Positions 40,409 through 54,196 of a DNA stretch of 64,000 bases are shown here, in pieces. The translations under genes were made by a program, and so were the position numbers. The stretch's first letter is position 1. Every line of letters begins with the position of its first letter. The notes below the pieces were generated by a model. It was given only the letters and a program-made list of their open reading frames with translations. It did not search any database and was not told the DNA's origin. This DNA is from Octopus vulgaris (taxonomy: Eukaryota), in assembly GCA_951406725.2 (NCBI GenBank), contig OX597817.1, positions 163,928,001-163,992,000 on the forward strand, in the 5' to 3' direction.

Positions 40409-43077
40409 TTTGACATTCTATGATAGGATACATTCAATATATATCAGCACTCCCAACATTCTCCCCCTTATCTCATTGGAGAATAATTTTCATTAACACT
40501 AATGAATATTCTCATTATTTTAAAATTTCTACTGATTAAGCATTATATTCGATTGACCACATCAAATATGGCAACCTGCATTCAAATATGAATGTAACAT
40601 ATATAATTATCACTTTTGTAACAAAATAAATTATAAAACATATTTTAACATGTATGTTTCCATATACACATTCATTTTCTTTCTTACTTATTTCTCACTC
40701 TCTCTCTCTCTCTCTCTTATTCTTTCTTTCTGTCTTTATCTCTCTCTCTCTCTCTCTCTCTCCCTCTCTTTCTTCACTGTACCTTTTAATAAATTATACC
40801 AAGGTATAAAAATATTCATGGCTCTAGATAAATATACCAAGATTACCGAAAGAATAGATTAATTAACTAAAACTTCAAAGAGAATCTTTAATTGGACGCA
40901 GACACCTAAATTAGAGGCTTAGACCAGAACAAATCGGACAAATACTAATGAGAAGGTGAAACTGACACAGAAATGAAAAAGAAAATTAGAAGAGAGAAAC
41001 TTGAAACAGCTCAACACTTTATTAATTTATATCTGGTTCCAGTATTCATTCATTGTGGTTCCAGTACTCTATGTGATTACAGTTATGTCGTTATGGAAAC
41101 ACAGTTTCAGTTAATCTGTACATTCTGAGATTAAGTCTGGCAGCTACAGTGGAAAACCATGAGAGGGAAATTCTTAAACAAATGCTTTCTGTTCCTCAGA
41201 GCTGGCCGGTCTGATATCATATGTCCTCTAATCAGGCATCACGAACCGTTCGTCTCTACCTCTCGTCATCCTTGTTCCATTCAACTTACCTGGCCTGCAC
41301 TCACCCCAAAACTCAGTCCTTTCTCCCACACAACATCGATATTCTGGAATCTTCTTACTCCCGCAGGTGTTGATCTGTTTAAACAACGCACTTACATCCT
41401 CAAGCTCAATAGTGAGAGGAGAGAGGCTCCAAATGAAACTATCCTTTCTTTTAGACTCAAGAAGTAAGAAAAAGCTGCCATAGGTTTCATACAAATACCC
41501 GGGAAAAGAATACAACTGGTGGAACACTCTTCAAGCTCCTACCAATATTAAGAAATCATATGTACTATTTCACCTACAGTTTGTGAAAATAAAGATAAAG
41601 GGAAAAATGATTATACTTAAAAGCAACTAGAAATACTGCTACAGACGGTACACGGATATAGTACAAGATGAGAGTCGAACTGAATACCAGTCGGCTAGCA
41701 AGTTATATACAAGCAGTGCTTCGAAGTCTGTCAGTTGTTTTACTTCTGTTTTCTGTATGAAATTGATGCCTATAAAGTCTAATGGATCATTGGTTTCACT
41801 TAAAACAAGCATACTGACTATCATCAATTAAATATCACAACAAGAATATCTGCGCTTTGAAGTAATCTGAGAGCTCCCATCGTTCTGTCCATTGATGTAT
41901 TAAGGAAACATAATCTATAGCTCAATTTCCCTAACATGATATTCTACAGTAATTCAGGAGTATCGCTCCGATTAAACCTAAGAATCTAGTTCTCTAGTTG
42001 TATTTTATATTTTCCACCATAATAATACCGTTAAACTATGCTGCCATTATGCATCCGGTTTGCTGATTTGGTAACGTTGTTTAAATGTAAAAATAAACAA
42101 AAGTTAATCTAAAAAGTAACTAAGGTTTCTGTTATCTTTAGTTAATTAAAGTATCATTGACAGTTACAGAGACAAGGAAGTACATCAGGAGATAACGACG
42201 TAATGTTTTGCTACACTTTACGAGGCGATGTGAAATTTTAGAGAAATGATACAGTTGTGTTTGGTTGAAGCAATAAAACATGTTCTATTTAAACAGGGGA
42301 ATGGAAGAAACAAGTAGAGACGAGACGAGAAGTAGGAGAGAAAGGCAACAGTGCAGAGTAAGAAAGAGAAGATATTTGAGGGACATAGTAAATAAAAAAA
42401 AAAGAAACAGATTTAGAAAAATAGAGAAGTTTATGATAAATATATGTAAGTAACAGAGAGTGTGAGGAAAAGAAAATGGTGAAAAGAAAGAGCGGAACAA
42501 AAAGACATTTACATAGAATGGTTTTGTTGTATTTTCGTTCTCATTTGATCTGAGAACAACCCTGGCTAAGCAAACCTATGATCAAAGGTATTCCAGTTAT
42601 AACCATCATACATCATCTGTGTCCTTTCCTTATGTAAGACGTCAGTGCATGGTTCGAGAAAAAATTGACTGCTATTTCTAGCAGCTCGAGTGACCACGTA
42701 GAATATATCTAGTTGGGTTATAGAATATTTCTTGATCGTTCACAGTTTTAGATAGAGAGCTTTTTACGATTGCATCTAAGGAAAGATATTGCTAGTTACT
42801 GTTGAACAGTTTGTTGGTTCATTAATTAGAATTGGCTAAAGTTAAAAGTTAATGTACTTTAATGCAGTTCGGAAACGCATGAGTCGGAAATGTCTACGGG
42901 ACGATGGATCTTGCAATGAATGAGAGCAATTAAATATGTCATTAGCCTTTACTCTTGAGAAGACATATGAATAAGATAATTGGAATTGGTTAATACTAAA
43001 AGATTAATGCATTTCGGAAACGCATGAGTCGAAAATGTCGACAAGATGGTGGTTCTTAAAATTAATGAGAACATAGA

Positions 43078-43385
43078 CGGGCCGACCAAAGCCTTGTGAG
43101 TGGATTTAGTAGACGGAAACTGAAAGAAGCCCGTCGTATATATGTATATATATATATATAAATGCGTGTGTATGTTTGTGTTTGTCCCCCTAGCATTGCT
43201 TGACAACCGATGCTGGTGTGTTTATGTCCCCGTCACTTAGCGGTTCGGCAAAAGAGACCGATAGAATAAGTACTGGGCTTACAAAGAACAAGTTCCGGGG
43301 TCGAGTTGCTCGATTAAAGGCGGTGCTCCAGCATGACCGCAGTCAAATGACTGAAACAAGTAAAACAGTAAAACAGTAAAACAGT
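43078..43385 (+). mobile_element. 5'-truncated SINE family B
   Basis: gggccgaccaaagccttgtgagtgg...gactgaaacaagtaaaacagtaaaacag tail. Confidence 0.85.
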
Positions 43386-43450
43386 ATAGAAATCAGAAAT
43401 ATGGTTGCTGTAGGTATCTTCGAGTAGAAGCGGGATGCGGTTTATAAATA

Positions 43451-43843
43451 ACTAGCAGTACCACCCGGCGTTGCTCGGGTTTGTTTCAACCTTTAGAATT
43501 GGAATTTTTGCAAAGTAAAAATTTTGCATTATGTAGCTTGTTATTCTCTTTAAGTGAACTTTTTTCTGGTTGAAATACACCGAAAAATGGCGACACAGCA
43601 GTCAAAAAATCGTAAAAAACAGGGATTTTCATAGAAAAAAAGCACCTTTTTGATGTAAATAATTTTTGGTCTTAATATGGTCCGATTTGAATTTTACCTC
43701 CTACGTAATGAAGAGCAAGCCTTCTATCATACTCTCAATTTTGGTCAACTTGCGCCGCAGGGTTTCGGAGGAGATAGTGTTAGTTGAAGGCTACCAAACC
43801 TGCCACACACACACAGACAACTTCAGCTTTATATATAGAGAGA
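43451..43843 (+). mobile_element. Helentron/HINE-like element
   Basis: actagcagtaccacccggcgttgctcggg ... tttatatatagagagac. Confidence 0.7.
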
Positions 43844-44034
43844 CTTATTCTTTCTAGGCCTGGTACTTATTCTACCGCTCTCTTTTGCCGAACCGCTAAG
43901 TTACGAGACACAAACACATCAGCTGTATTACTTTCACCATGCCTATTGGTCCAGCTGGGGGGGGGGGAGCACATACGCCACAGAAACCGGGCCCATGAGC
44001 CCGGCTAGGCTTGAAAAAGGCGACGTTTATCGTT

Positions 44035-44086
<52 letters not shown>

Positions 44087-44089
<3 letters not shown>

Positions 44090-44318
44090 ATAAAACGGTA
44101 AGATAACAAAAGAAAGAAAGAGACCTCAATATTATGTAAATAGAGGAAATTTATCTATACAATATGTTACATTACTCGGTAGTCAAGATAAAACTCTGAG
44201 TTTCAGATGCCGAAGTGGAAATCCACAACAAACCGAAGAGATGGTGTTGTGGATTTCCACTTCGGCATCTGAAACTCAGAGTTTTATCTTGACTACCGAG
44301 TAATGTAACATATTGTAT

Positions 44319-44323
<5 letters not shown>
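44087..44323. mobile_element. Inverted-pair element in (TA)n with hammerhead-like motif (family 5)
   Basis: 44152-44230 is an apparently perfect inverse of 44245-44323. Motif at 44231-44285: aa-CCGAAGA-GATG...CATC-t-GAAAC-TCAGA-GTT-tt (U4C core, stem I truncated by the junction). Confidence 0.6.
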
Positions 44324-44366
<43 letters not shown>

Positions 44367-44984
44367 TTATATATATATATACATACATATACATATATAT
44401 ATACACATACATACATGCATATACACACATATATGTATATATGTATATATATATATATATACATATATATTTATATATTTATATGCACATTCAAACAGAC
44501 GTGTGCGCATACTAGTGGTTTGTTATTTTAACATTAGTGATATGCTTATATTATCGTGTTTACAGTATTACATGCAACATAGTTGCTGGACTGATATGTC
44601 AATAGATTTTCAGGATGTTTAAAGGGTTTTTTTTTTTAAAGTTGTTACTTTATCTCTGTATTGTTTTGCTTCCTCTTTTTCTTTTTTCTTTTTTTTGACG
44701 TTATTGTTTTCTTTCTTAATCTATGTAACTAAATTCATGGTGGGCTGGTCCACTGCTGGTGAGACAGGCTCGGAAATTAATAAGCTTTAGTTTTTTTATC
44801 TTTTATGCTTCATTCCATGCTGGGGCACCACCCTGAAGTGGTATTAGTCGATCAAATCGGCCCCAGGACTTATTTGTTTTGTTTACTATATCGGACGATT
44901 TTGCCGAATCACTATGTTACGGGGATGTTAACAAACCACACCAGTTGTCAAACAGTACGGGTTTTCACATATACATATATACAC

Positions 44985-45048
<64 letters not shown>

Positions 45049-45108
45049 AACACTCACACATATATATATATATACACACACACACACTCACACACACATA
45101 TATATTAT

Positions 45109-45255
45109 AGGCGCAGAAGTGGCTGTGTAAGTAGCTTGCTTACCAACCACATGGTTCCGGGTTCAGTTCCACTGCGTGGCATCTTGGGCAAGTATCTTCT
45201 ACTATAGCCTCGGGCCGACCAAAGCCTTGTGAGTGGATTTGTTAGACGGAAACAG

Positions 45256-45295
<40 letters not shown>

Positions 45296-45445
45296 CCTTC
45301 CACACAATTTTATGTCTAAAAATTCACTAAGACTGTATTGGGCAAGGTTAGGCATTTGTAGAAGATACTTGCCCAGGGTGCTCTGGACTAAGCCCGAAAC
45401 CACACGGTTGCAAAGTGAGCTTCTCAAACACATGGCCATGCCTTC
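45109..45445. mobile_element. Two facing SINE family B 5' halves
   Basis: Plus copy at 45109-45255, older minus copy at about 45310-45445. Confidence 0.7.
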
Positions 45446-46574
45446 GTCTAGGATTTTGCCAGATGACCCGCTGGAATTGCAAATACCGATGCACAGTACA
45501 ATCAGTCGTCACTCGCGAGCGAGTATGACTTTTAACATGTAGCATACTTTTGCCAACTCCTGTCAATGCCTCTATATAGTCACGAGTCATCAAAGACTGC
45601 ATCTTGGTCCTATTACCCTTGATCACGTTGAACACCCAGAATCTGACAGCTAGTAGAAAAAAGGGCTCTAATCTACTCAGACGTAGTCAGAAGCAATGTG
45701 GAAAGAAGTGCCTTGATTAAGGAGACAATGTTCTATCTGGTCCAAGAACTGACCGCACCGAACACTCTAACTACTAGGCTACGCCCCCACAGTTGTTAGA
45801 ATAAAATCATTGGTCATGTTCTTTAGATAGGAATGGGATATAAATAGGCGTTGTGTGTATAACAAAATAAAAATAACTATCAAAGTATTTATATGTCTAA
45901 ACATGTGTACACATCCACGCACATACACACGTGTGTGCGTGCATATACATACACATATATACACACTCACACACACACCGATGCTACGAATATATTTTAG
46001 TTATATGTGTATTAATGGCTTTGCAGTTGAAATAAGACCATTGTTTTTCAGAGAATTTGAGATCATTATCATCATCATTGCTATTATTATCGGGAGAAGG
46101 AGGGATTGGAAATGTATCTGTGGAAGGAAAGAATGTGCTCGAGAAAGTGGGGGCGGAGGAAGGATTGTACGTATCTTTCGTTTTTCATTATAACCTGATC
46201 CGTTTGTTTCATGGGTGGTGCTGATAGCCTGGAGTATCTGACTCCTTAAGACAAGAGATGTTGAATGTTGCTCTATCTTGTTACTTAGAGATTCACCTTC
46301 TCAAGCAAGCAACAGAAATGTCAATGAAGTATAATTGTTTCCCAAGTCAAGCAGACGATAAACCCAATGGCTTCACCTTTGTCTATAATAGACATCGATT
46401 ATCAGTGTGACCTTATAAAAGATTCTACAACGAGTTTACTTTCGAAGAAAAATTCAATAAATCTTGTTTTTGTTGCTATTGTAGCTACTGCTGCTGTTTT
46501 GTTATTGTAGTCCTTGCTGCTACTGTTCTTGCTAGTGTTGTTTTGTAGTTGTTGTGGTTGTTGTTGTTCTTCTT

Positions 46575-47043
46575 CTTCCAGTCAGGACTCATGCCATTAG
46601 CCACAAAGAATAATCTTTGATTCGAGCCTACTCTAAGCTACTAAGAGTGCGTGCGGCAACTTGAAGATCCACCCACCACACGCGATACACGAGCGCGAAA
46701 GCTACGTTGTTATCCTCATTCTGTAAATGGTGACTTTTAATGGGTGGAGAGCTGAACCATCCTGGGGTACAGAGGATTCGTAATCTAGACTAGGGTCTGA
46801 AAGTTTACCACACCATAGTGGGTTACACCATAGTTCCTCGGCTTTGTAGAAGAAGTAGGAAGAAAGAGTGAGAGAAAGTTGTGGTGAAAGAGTACAGCGG
46901 GTTTCACCCCCACCCCTCGCCGGAGCCTCGTGGAGCTTAGGTGTTTTTGCTCAATAAACACTCATAATGCCCGATCTGGGAATCGAAACCGCATTCTTAC
47001 GACCACGAATCCGCTGCCCTAACCACTTGTCCATTACGCCTCC
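46575..47043 (-). mobile_element. tRNA-derived SINE family C inserted in (GTT)n
   Basis: Minus strand starts ggaggcgtaatggacaagtggttagggcagcgg...ggtttcgattccc (box A/B-like); GTT repeats on both sides. Confidence 0.7.
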
Positions 47044-47460
47044 GGTTGTTGTTGTTACCGCGATCGTAGACATCGTTTAGCTCCACGTCAACATTGATCT
47101 GGCATACTTAACTTATCCTATCATGAAAGGCATTCTAACCGTGACCATCCCGCTTTTTGCTTGGTGCGAAGTTATCTAGAACTACAGTCACTTGTCTATC
47201 AGTTCCTTTTTCTTAAGACGGTACAGAACCTGGGTCGCGAGGAAGATTTAACTATTATACCTAGTAAGTCGAACGTAAAGGCTCCCTCGTTTCGTTTTAG
47301 TTTCTTCTGTTACTAAAATATTTTTGTTGACATTATAACCTACTAGGCTTACAAAGACTAAGTCCTGAGGTCTTTTTGCTCGACTAAAGGCGGTGCTCCG
47401 CCATGGCCGCAGTCAAATAACTGAAACAAGAGATAAAAGAGATTAAATAACTGATATTAC

Positions 47461-47691
47461 GTCGGCGAGCTGGCAGAAACGTTAGCACGCCGGGCAAAAT
47501 GCGTAGCCGTATTTCGTCTGCCGTTACGTTCTGAGTTCAAATTCCGCCGAGGTCGACTTTGCCTTTCATCCTTTCGGGGTCGATAAATTAAGTACCAGTT
47601 ATGCACTGGGGTCGATGTAATTGACTTAATACCTATGTCTGTCCTTGTTTGCCCCCTCTATGTTTAGCCCCTTGTGGGTAATAAAGAAATA
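47461..47691 (+). mobile_element. Young SINE family A with TSD
   Basis: gatattacgtcgg at both ends. Confidence 0.9.
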
Positions 47692-49244
47692 GATATTACG
47701 TCGGTGATGACGATAAGGGATCCAGTTAATCCGATCAACGGAACAGCCTGCTCGTAAAATTAACGTGCAGGTGGCAGAGCATTCTAAATTAAAAAGACTT
47801 TGCTATTCTATAGAATTCAAATTTCCTTTAATGGATCCCAGGCCATCTTAGAAGACCAACGTATACAGATTAGCTAGCACCGTTGGTTTACTAGATATGT
47901 ATTCCAAAACGGAATTGAATTATAGTAAATTTGTAGAGATCCGTCTTCCTATTTGAAGGGCCAATTTATATAAATAGCTATTTAATATTTTACCTAAAAC
48001 CTGATATTTTCCAACAGCCAACATGTTTGAGACATTTTGCAGGTTAACACTCCAAGGCGAATGTTTAGCTGTGATAAATTTCGAGGTGAATATAAATGGG
48101 TGAATTTTCACCTATAGATTCTGCTTTCTTTTAAATCATGCCTAAAAGTGCACAGCTTAAATATTATGATAGCTTGTTCATAAAATTTGACTATAAATTA
48201 GCTGCTGCATAGGTAGATGCTAGACTAGAACAAGGTTTATTTTCAAAGTATGAAGAGCTGTGCGTGCATCGGACACATTCTCGTTCTGAAATTAATATGT
48301 TCAATGGCAAAAATAATGTCAAGACAAGCTTAGCTTGTATAAGAACGTAGAATATTGTCAAATTAGCCGAAAGGATCTCTAGACCAGGCAGTACTGTATA
48401 GCTGTGTATGGCCCAGGCCATAAACTATCACACTTGATGTTTGATCAGCATAATGGCTAACTCGACAAGACGGTATATAGGCACCTGCACCAGTTATTTT
48501 CATTGACTTGTTGCCGTCAAACGAAGCTGTGAAGAGGAATGTTACTTATTTCTTCAATGTTTGGTTTAAATGGAATGTGAGTCTGCCACTAACCAGACAC
48601 ACACACACACACACAGACTCACGCGCGCATGCACGCACGCACACACGCATGCACGCACGCACGCACACACATTCATGCACGTCCATATGTACAAACTCTT
48701 AGCCGAGTAAACGACTCCTCTCTAGTGTCTAGCATTGTTACTTAGGCGACTTAGCTTCATAACTTAAATATTCTCCCCTGAAACACAACCCTAATTTACT
48801 GCAAATGTGTATTCCTCTTTTGTTTTTGTTCTTTTTTTTGTGTGGTCTAATGTTACAAATGTGACTATATCAATTTAGACTTCTTATTTGCGTAATAGTT
48901 TTGCTTAATGGTATCAAGTTCAAGTAGAACCTATGTACAATAAAATGTTTATTATCTCTTTAAAAATCTTATATGATTTAATGGAGATGGTTAGTTAGCA
49001 CTACAAGCGTCTATGATAAATTAGTAATAATAATGTGAAACAATTAACCGATCTTATTTATGAGCGAAATAATAATTAAGCTGGATTGTTGCATTGCGAA
49101 ATGGAGAAAAATATTAATTATCAGCCGACGAAAATGAAGTGCCTGCTCATTAACCGTTGTCATTTAACTTGATTGTTAAATTTTGTTTAATTTAAAATGT
49201 ATTGGATTTCAGAAATACTCTAAGCGTTGGATCAACCATAAACT

Positions 49245-49474
49245 ATTCTTTACTACCCACAAGGGGCTAAACACAGAGAGGAGAAACAAGGACGGACAAA
49301 CGGATTAAGTCGATTACATTGACTCCAGTGCGTAACTGGTACTTAATTTATCGACCCCGAAAGGATGAAAGGCAAAGTCGACCTCGGCGGAATTTGAACT
49401 CAGAACGTAGCGGCAGACGAAATACTGCTAAACATTTCGCCCGATGTGCTAAAGTTTCTGCCAGCTCGACGCCT
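49245..49474 (-). mobile_element. Young SINE family A with TSD
   Basis: atcaaccataaa on both sides. Confidence 0.9.
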
Positions 49475-49660
49475 TAATCAACCATAAACATCTAGTCTTT
49501 CATAAAAGTTTTGCGTTTCAAATTCCGCCGAGAATGACTTTGTCTTTCATCTTTATGGGGTTGATGAAATCGACTTACCCCCTCCTACCGAAATTGCGGG
49601 TCTTGTACCAAAATTTGAAATCAATAACAAACTGGCGAAATATTAATAAGCATTTATAAG

Positions 49661-49925
49661 TTTCTTTATTGGCCACACAGGGCTGCACACAGATGGGACA
49701 AGTTACAAGGTAGAGCTTTTCTTTTGGGGGATGAAAAAAACAAAAAAACAAAAGAAACAAAAAAAAAGGGGTGGCGTAGGTTTTCGATCAAGAGGGATCG
49801 TAAAAGGGAAGAAAAGAACAAAAACAATAAATAAATAAAAAAAATAAAAATAAAAAAGAAGAAAAGGAAAAGGAACAAAAGAAAAGAGAAATGAAAAAAG
49901 AAGAAAAAAGGGGAAGAGGATACGC
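49661..49925 (-). mobile_element. Probable LINE 3' UTR sharing its terminus with SINE family A
   Basis: tttctttattggccacacagggctgcacacagatgggacaa resembles the SINE A end tttctttattgcccacaaggggctaaacacagaggggacaa, then diverges into sequence that is pyrimidine-rich on the minus strand. Confidence 0.55.
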
Positions 49926-50966
49926 ATTAAATGCCATCGAAATATATTTACTTTCAAAGCAAAATATATTCATACACAATTATGTAAAATAAATATAGAG
50001 ACTTTGAATGCTACTTTGTCAAGTTTAACTATTAAAGTAGACAGTCAAAACACTTTCTTTGTAATTTACATACATGTACCTAACGCATACACACACACAC
50101 ATACATGCATTCGCGCGCGCACAAACAAGCAAATACAGAAAACACATTTTAAATGCCACCAAGACTACGAACATTTGGGGAAGGGTTTGAGGGAGGAATC
50201 TGAAATCATAGGGGATTAAACGAAATTGATTTCATTCTTGCCCCACCTTTCATAATGTGAAGTTCAAGATGAGCTGAATAAAAGGAAGTCTGAAGTTTCC
50301 ACACCGGCATAATTTGAAAAAACAAGATCAAATGTGAATCTGTTGGTATTGCTGTTTTGTATGCGATACGTCTTAGAATATTCCCACGTGGTGCTTGCTA
50401 TTTCTCGGTCACGTACAGGAAGCACTATTTTTGAGTATGTTTTAAAGAGAGAAATGAAGACTGCGATAAAATAACGAAAGAGATATTTACAGAGCGAGTG
50501 AGTACTATTCGACGAATAAAAGATACAATGGAGAATTAAATGTATCATATGGGAAAAATTACAAAAATTGAGAATCAAATGCATGACTATCCTTCAGCGA
50601 TTTGCAGAAATCCTCCCGGAGGGTTGTCTTCATAATTGTGTTATGAATGACAAGAGAGCAAGATTCATGTAATCATATTCATTAGGTTACAGCTAATTAA
50701 TATTACAGTCTGTATCACCTGATGTTTTACTCTAAAGCATATGCATATTGATTTCTCATAGGTGGTTATCAGTATCACTAAGTAGAAATATTATTATATC
50801 CAAGTCTCTCTAAGGAGGACTACGGCAGCGGTACTGGATATTAATAGCTATCGCCAAGCTAATATGGCATTCCAGAAATATAGGACGAATGCTGCCGTTG
50901 ATTAGCTCCAAGAGGCCATCGCCTCTAGCTAGCTATGTGACACACGAACCTGTGTCCATTATAACC

Positions 50967-51137
50967 TTCGAACAGGGGAGGTCAGACGCTTCCCCTTGCT
51001 GGTCAGGCATCTGTAGACTAGTCAGTAGCGACGCCTGCTGGGTCCGACTGCTCTGCATTGATAAGGGGCAAATACCCTGAAACTAGTCTGCAGATGCCTG
51101 ACCAGCAAGGGGAAGCGGCTGACCTCTTCTGTTCGAA
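50967..51137. mobile_element. Hammerhead-bearing inverted-pair element, family 6
   Basis: 50967-51022 is the inverse of 51082-51137; the left arm stops at the stem III palindrome ACTAGT. Confidence 0.75.
51052..51094 (+). ncRNA. Type I minimal hammerhead ribozyme with U3-A8 covaried core
   Basis: TCTGCA-TTGATAA-GGGG caaata CCCT-GAAAC-TA-GTC-TGCAGA; 6-bp stem I, GUC site, palindromic stem III. Confidence 0.85.
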
Positions 51138-51650
51138 ATGTCGGGCTTTGTGCCAAGAATAGAAAAGATTTTGAAGAGAGTTCATAAGCACGCCGGATGA
51201 AATGCTAAGCGGTATTTCGTATGCCGCTATGTTCTGTATTCAAGTTCCGCCGAGGTCGACTTTACCTGTCATCCTTTCGGGATCGATTAAATAAGTACCA
51301 GTTACGCACTGGGGTCAATGTAATCGACTTAATCCCTCCCCCAAACTTTGAGGCCTTGTGCTTCCCGTAGAAAAAATTACGAAGAGAATTCATCGACACT
51401 TCGCCTTACTTCTATCTCCTAAATTCATATGGTTAACGCAAGAAAGGTTTATTTCTGTTTATAACCCATTTTTGCGCCATAGTATCGGTTTAGAAGAAAT
51501 GTTTATTCAATTTTCTTCATCTGTTGATGAAGGTATACAAATTTACTCTGTTCCAGAAACTTGATGCAGGAAATTCGAGGTATAATATACTTATAATTGG
51601 CTACGTATATATATATATATGTGTGTGCTAGTATTAACATATATGCATTC

Positions 51651-51689
<39 letters not shown>

Positions 51690-52013
51690 GGAGTAGTAAC
51701 AGCAGCGGTGGTGGTGGTGGTGGTGGTGGTGGTACGGTGCATATGCTGTAACAGCGCGTCTCTGCATCCACCATTTGTTGGTGATAGCCTACTACTCTTG
51801 GCGGATGACTCCTTTGCACTACTCGAGCGACAACTCTCCAACCCTTGAATCTGTTTGGATACTCGTTACTGTTGAAGGTTTTACGAGGTCGAAGTACAAA
51901 TCCTACCTCGACCTGTTTTAGTAGCCTTTTACCGACCCGTATATTTATGTATATGTATAGATACATAATCATAGATATATTTATGCCAACATATATTTAC
52001 ACACACACACACA

Positions 52014-52088
<75 letters not shown>

Positions 52089-52213
52089 ACACACAAACAA
52101 AAGATAATTATATAAAGTTGTATGCAAATACATCTTGAATCTACGCAAATGGCTTCCATGATTTAATAATTTGTTTAAAAAATACATTTGGTCATGCGGC
52201 TATGTACGTGAAT

Positions 52214-52390
52214 ATCGTTGGTGATTTTCTTCCTCCGTCTTCTATTGGACTTTCCTCTGTTTCCGAACAAGAGCATCTGCTCGAAACATTAACCCATCTC
52301 TCTTTCCTTCTTTGAGCGTCTGCTAATACATTACATGTACCAAGTCCTCGCGTTGTTGTGTTGCTTGTGTTTGTTCTTTTGGGGATTTAT
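52214..52390 (+). mobile_element. Degenerate copy of hammerhead element family 2b
   Basis: Colinear with 62753-62945; core decayed to CCGAACA-a-GAGC atct GCTC-GAAAC-ATT; ends in TA repeats. Confidence 0.65.
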
Positions 52391-52429
52391 TATATATATA
52401 TGTTTATATTTATATTTATATTTATATAT

Positions 52430-52645
<216 letters not shown>

Positions 52646-53235
52646 AGGCAGAAGCAGACACACGGAAATATCACACACAAATATGTACGCATTCGAATGT
52701 ATCAGATTTTATATGAACATGTATAAAGAACAGTCTTTTTTAATTACGAATGACATTTGCGTTTCCACACCACACCACTCCTGTCTCTTTCTCTCCCTCA
52801 CAAAGTATTAGATTATCGCAGATGTCTCGGAAATATCACACCAGTCGGTTGAAACGTATGCTGCAAAATATAAAACCAGTTGTAGTAGTGAAATTTCCAG
52901 GATATAATACTCTCACTTATCAAATAGAATGTCAAAATGTAAAGTGTAGACATCTTATGAACAGTGACGCGTTATTTCGATATTCCTTTATCTATTTATT
53001 TGGAACATTCCAAATTTATAGCTTAAGTGGGGGACAGGGGGATCATTGTTTCCGTGTATATATTTGTGTGTGTTTATATGTGTCTGTTTCTGTGTGAGCA
53101 TGTGCACGTGTATTTAATATATACATATACATACACATTCACACATACGTACATGCATGTATACATACATACATTTATACACACACACATAATATATACA
53201 ATACGTACATATATTCCTATATATATATATATATA

Positions 53236-53302
53236 TATAGTTTATATCATAGCTTTGTCAGCTTCGAGATCCACCACTCCAAGATAGAGTTACATATATA
53301 TG

Positions 53303-53372
<70 letters not shown>

Positions 53373-53443
53373 ATTACATATATATGTAACTCTATCTTGG
53401 AGTGGTGGATCTCGAAGCTGACAAAGCTATGGTATAAACTATA
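53236..53443. repeat. Inverted repeat (~73-bp arms) around a central (TA)n
   Basis: 53236-53308 is the inverse of 53371-53443 with one mismatch seen. Confidence 0.9.
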
Positions 53444-53591
53444 GCGTATAAATATTGGATTAAAAAACAAAACACTTTGGGAGAAATGGTTAAAGTTACA
53501 TCTTCTGTAAACATCACATACGTTCTACCATTGGACCAAAACAATCCTTCGAATTTTTCTATCCATTTTAAGAAACTTATTTTTATCAATG

Positions 53592-53997
53592 ACTAGCAGT
53601 ATCGCCCGGCGTTGCTCGGGTTTGTAAGGGAAATAACTATAAAATATTTTTAGAGAGTTATAGCCAAAAAATGGAAAAAAAATTATGGTAAATTTTTTTT
53701 AATTAAAAAGGTCGAGTTGCGTCAAATTTTTTTAGTTAAAAAGGTCGAGTTGCGTCCCCATGACAGTCTGTGGTTTGTGTTTCTGATTCTCAACCCCATG
53801 TCGAATTTATCGATTTTTTTCAGAACTGGGGGAACTTTTCAAAATTTTCGCTGCGTTAGTTTTGAATTATGACATTGGGCTATGTGTGTGTTAAGTTTCA
53901 TCAGAATTGGTTGAAAGCCGTGGTCAGGGTGAGGGTACAACCTGACAGACACACAGAAACACACACAGACAAACTGCCGTTTATATAGAGAGAAGAT
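53592..53997 (+). mobile_element. Helentron/HINE-like element
   Basis: Same first ~50 bp as 20140; ends tttatatagagagaagat. Confidence 0.7.
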
Positions 53998-54126
53998 AAC
54001 TGTATGTCGCTGATGTCACAAGAATTCATAAACTTCGAGAGAAAATGAAATAATTATTTTTCCATAACTGGATTTAGCAAAAATACAGAAATGCTGAGTT
54101 TTTTTTATAGTAAAGCTTCTTATGTG

Positions 54127-54196
<70 letters not shown>

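Noticed and set aside
46970-47043. tRNA-like sequence here and at SINE A/B heads
   Set aside because: Box A/B-like motifs continue into SINE bodies and I could not form a full cloverleaf; not called as tRNA genes.
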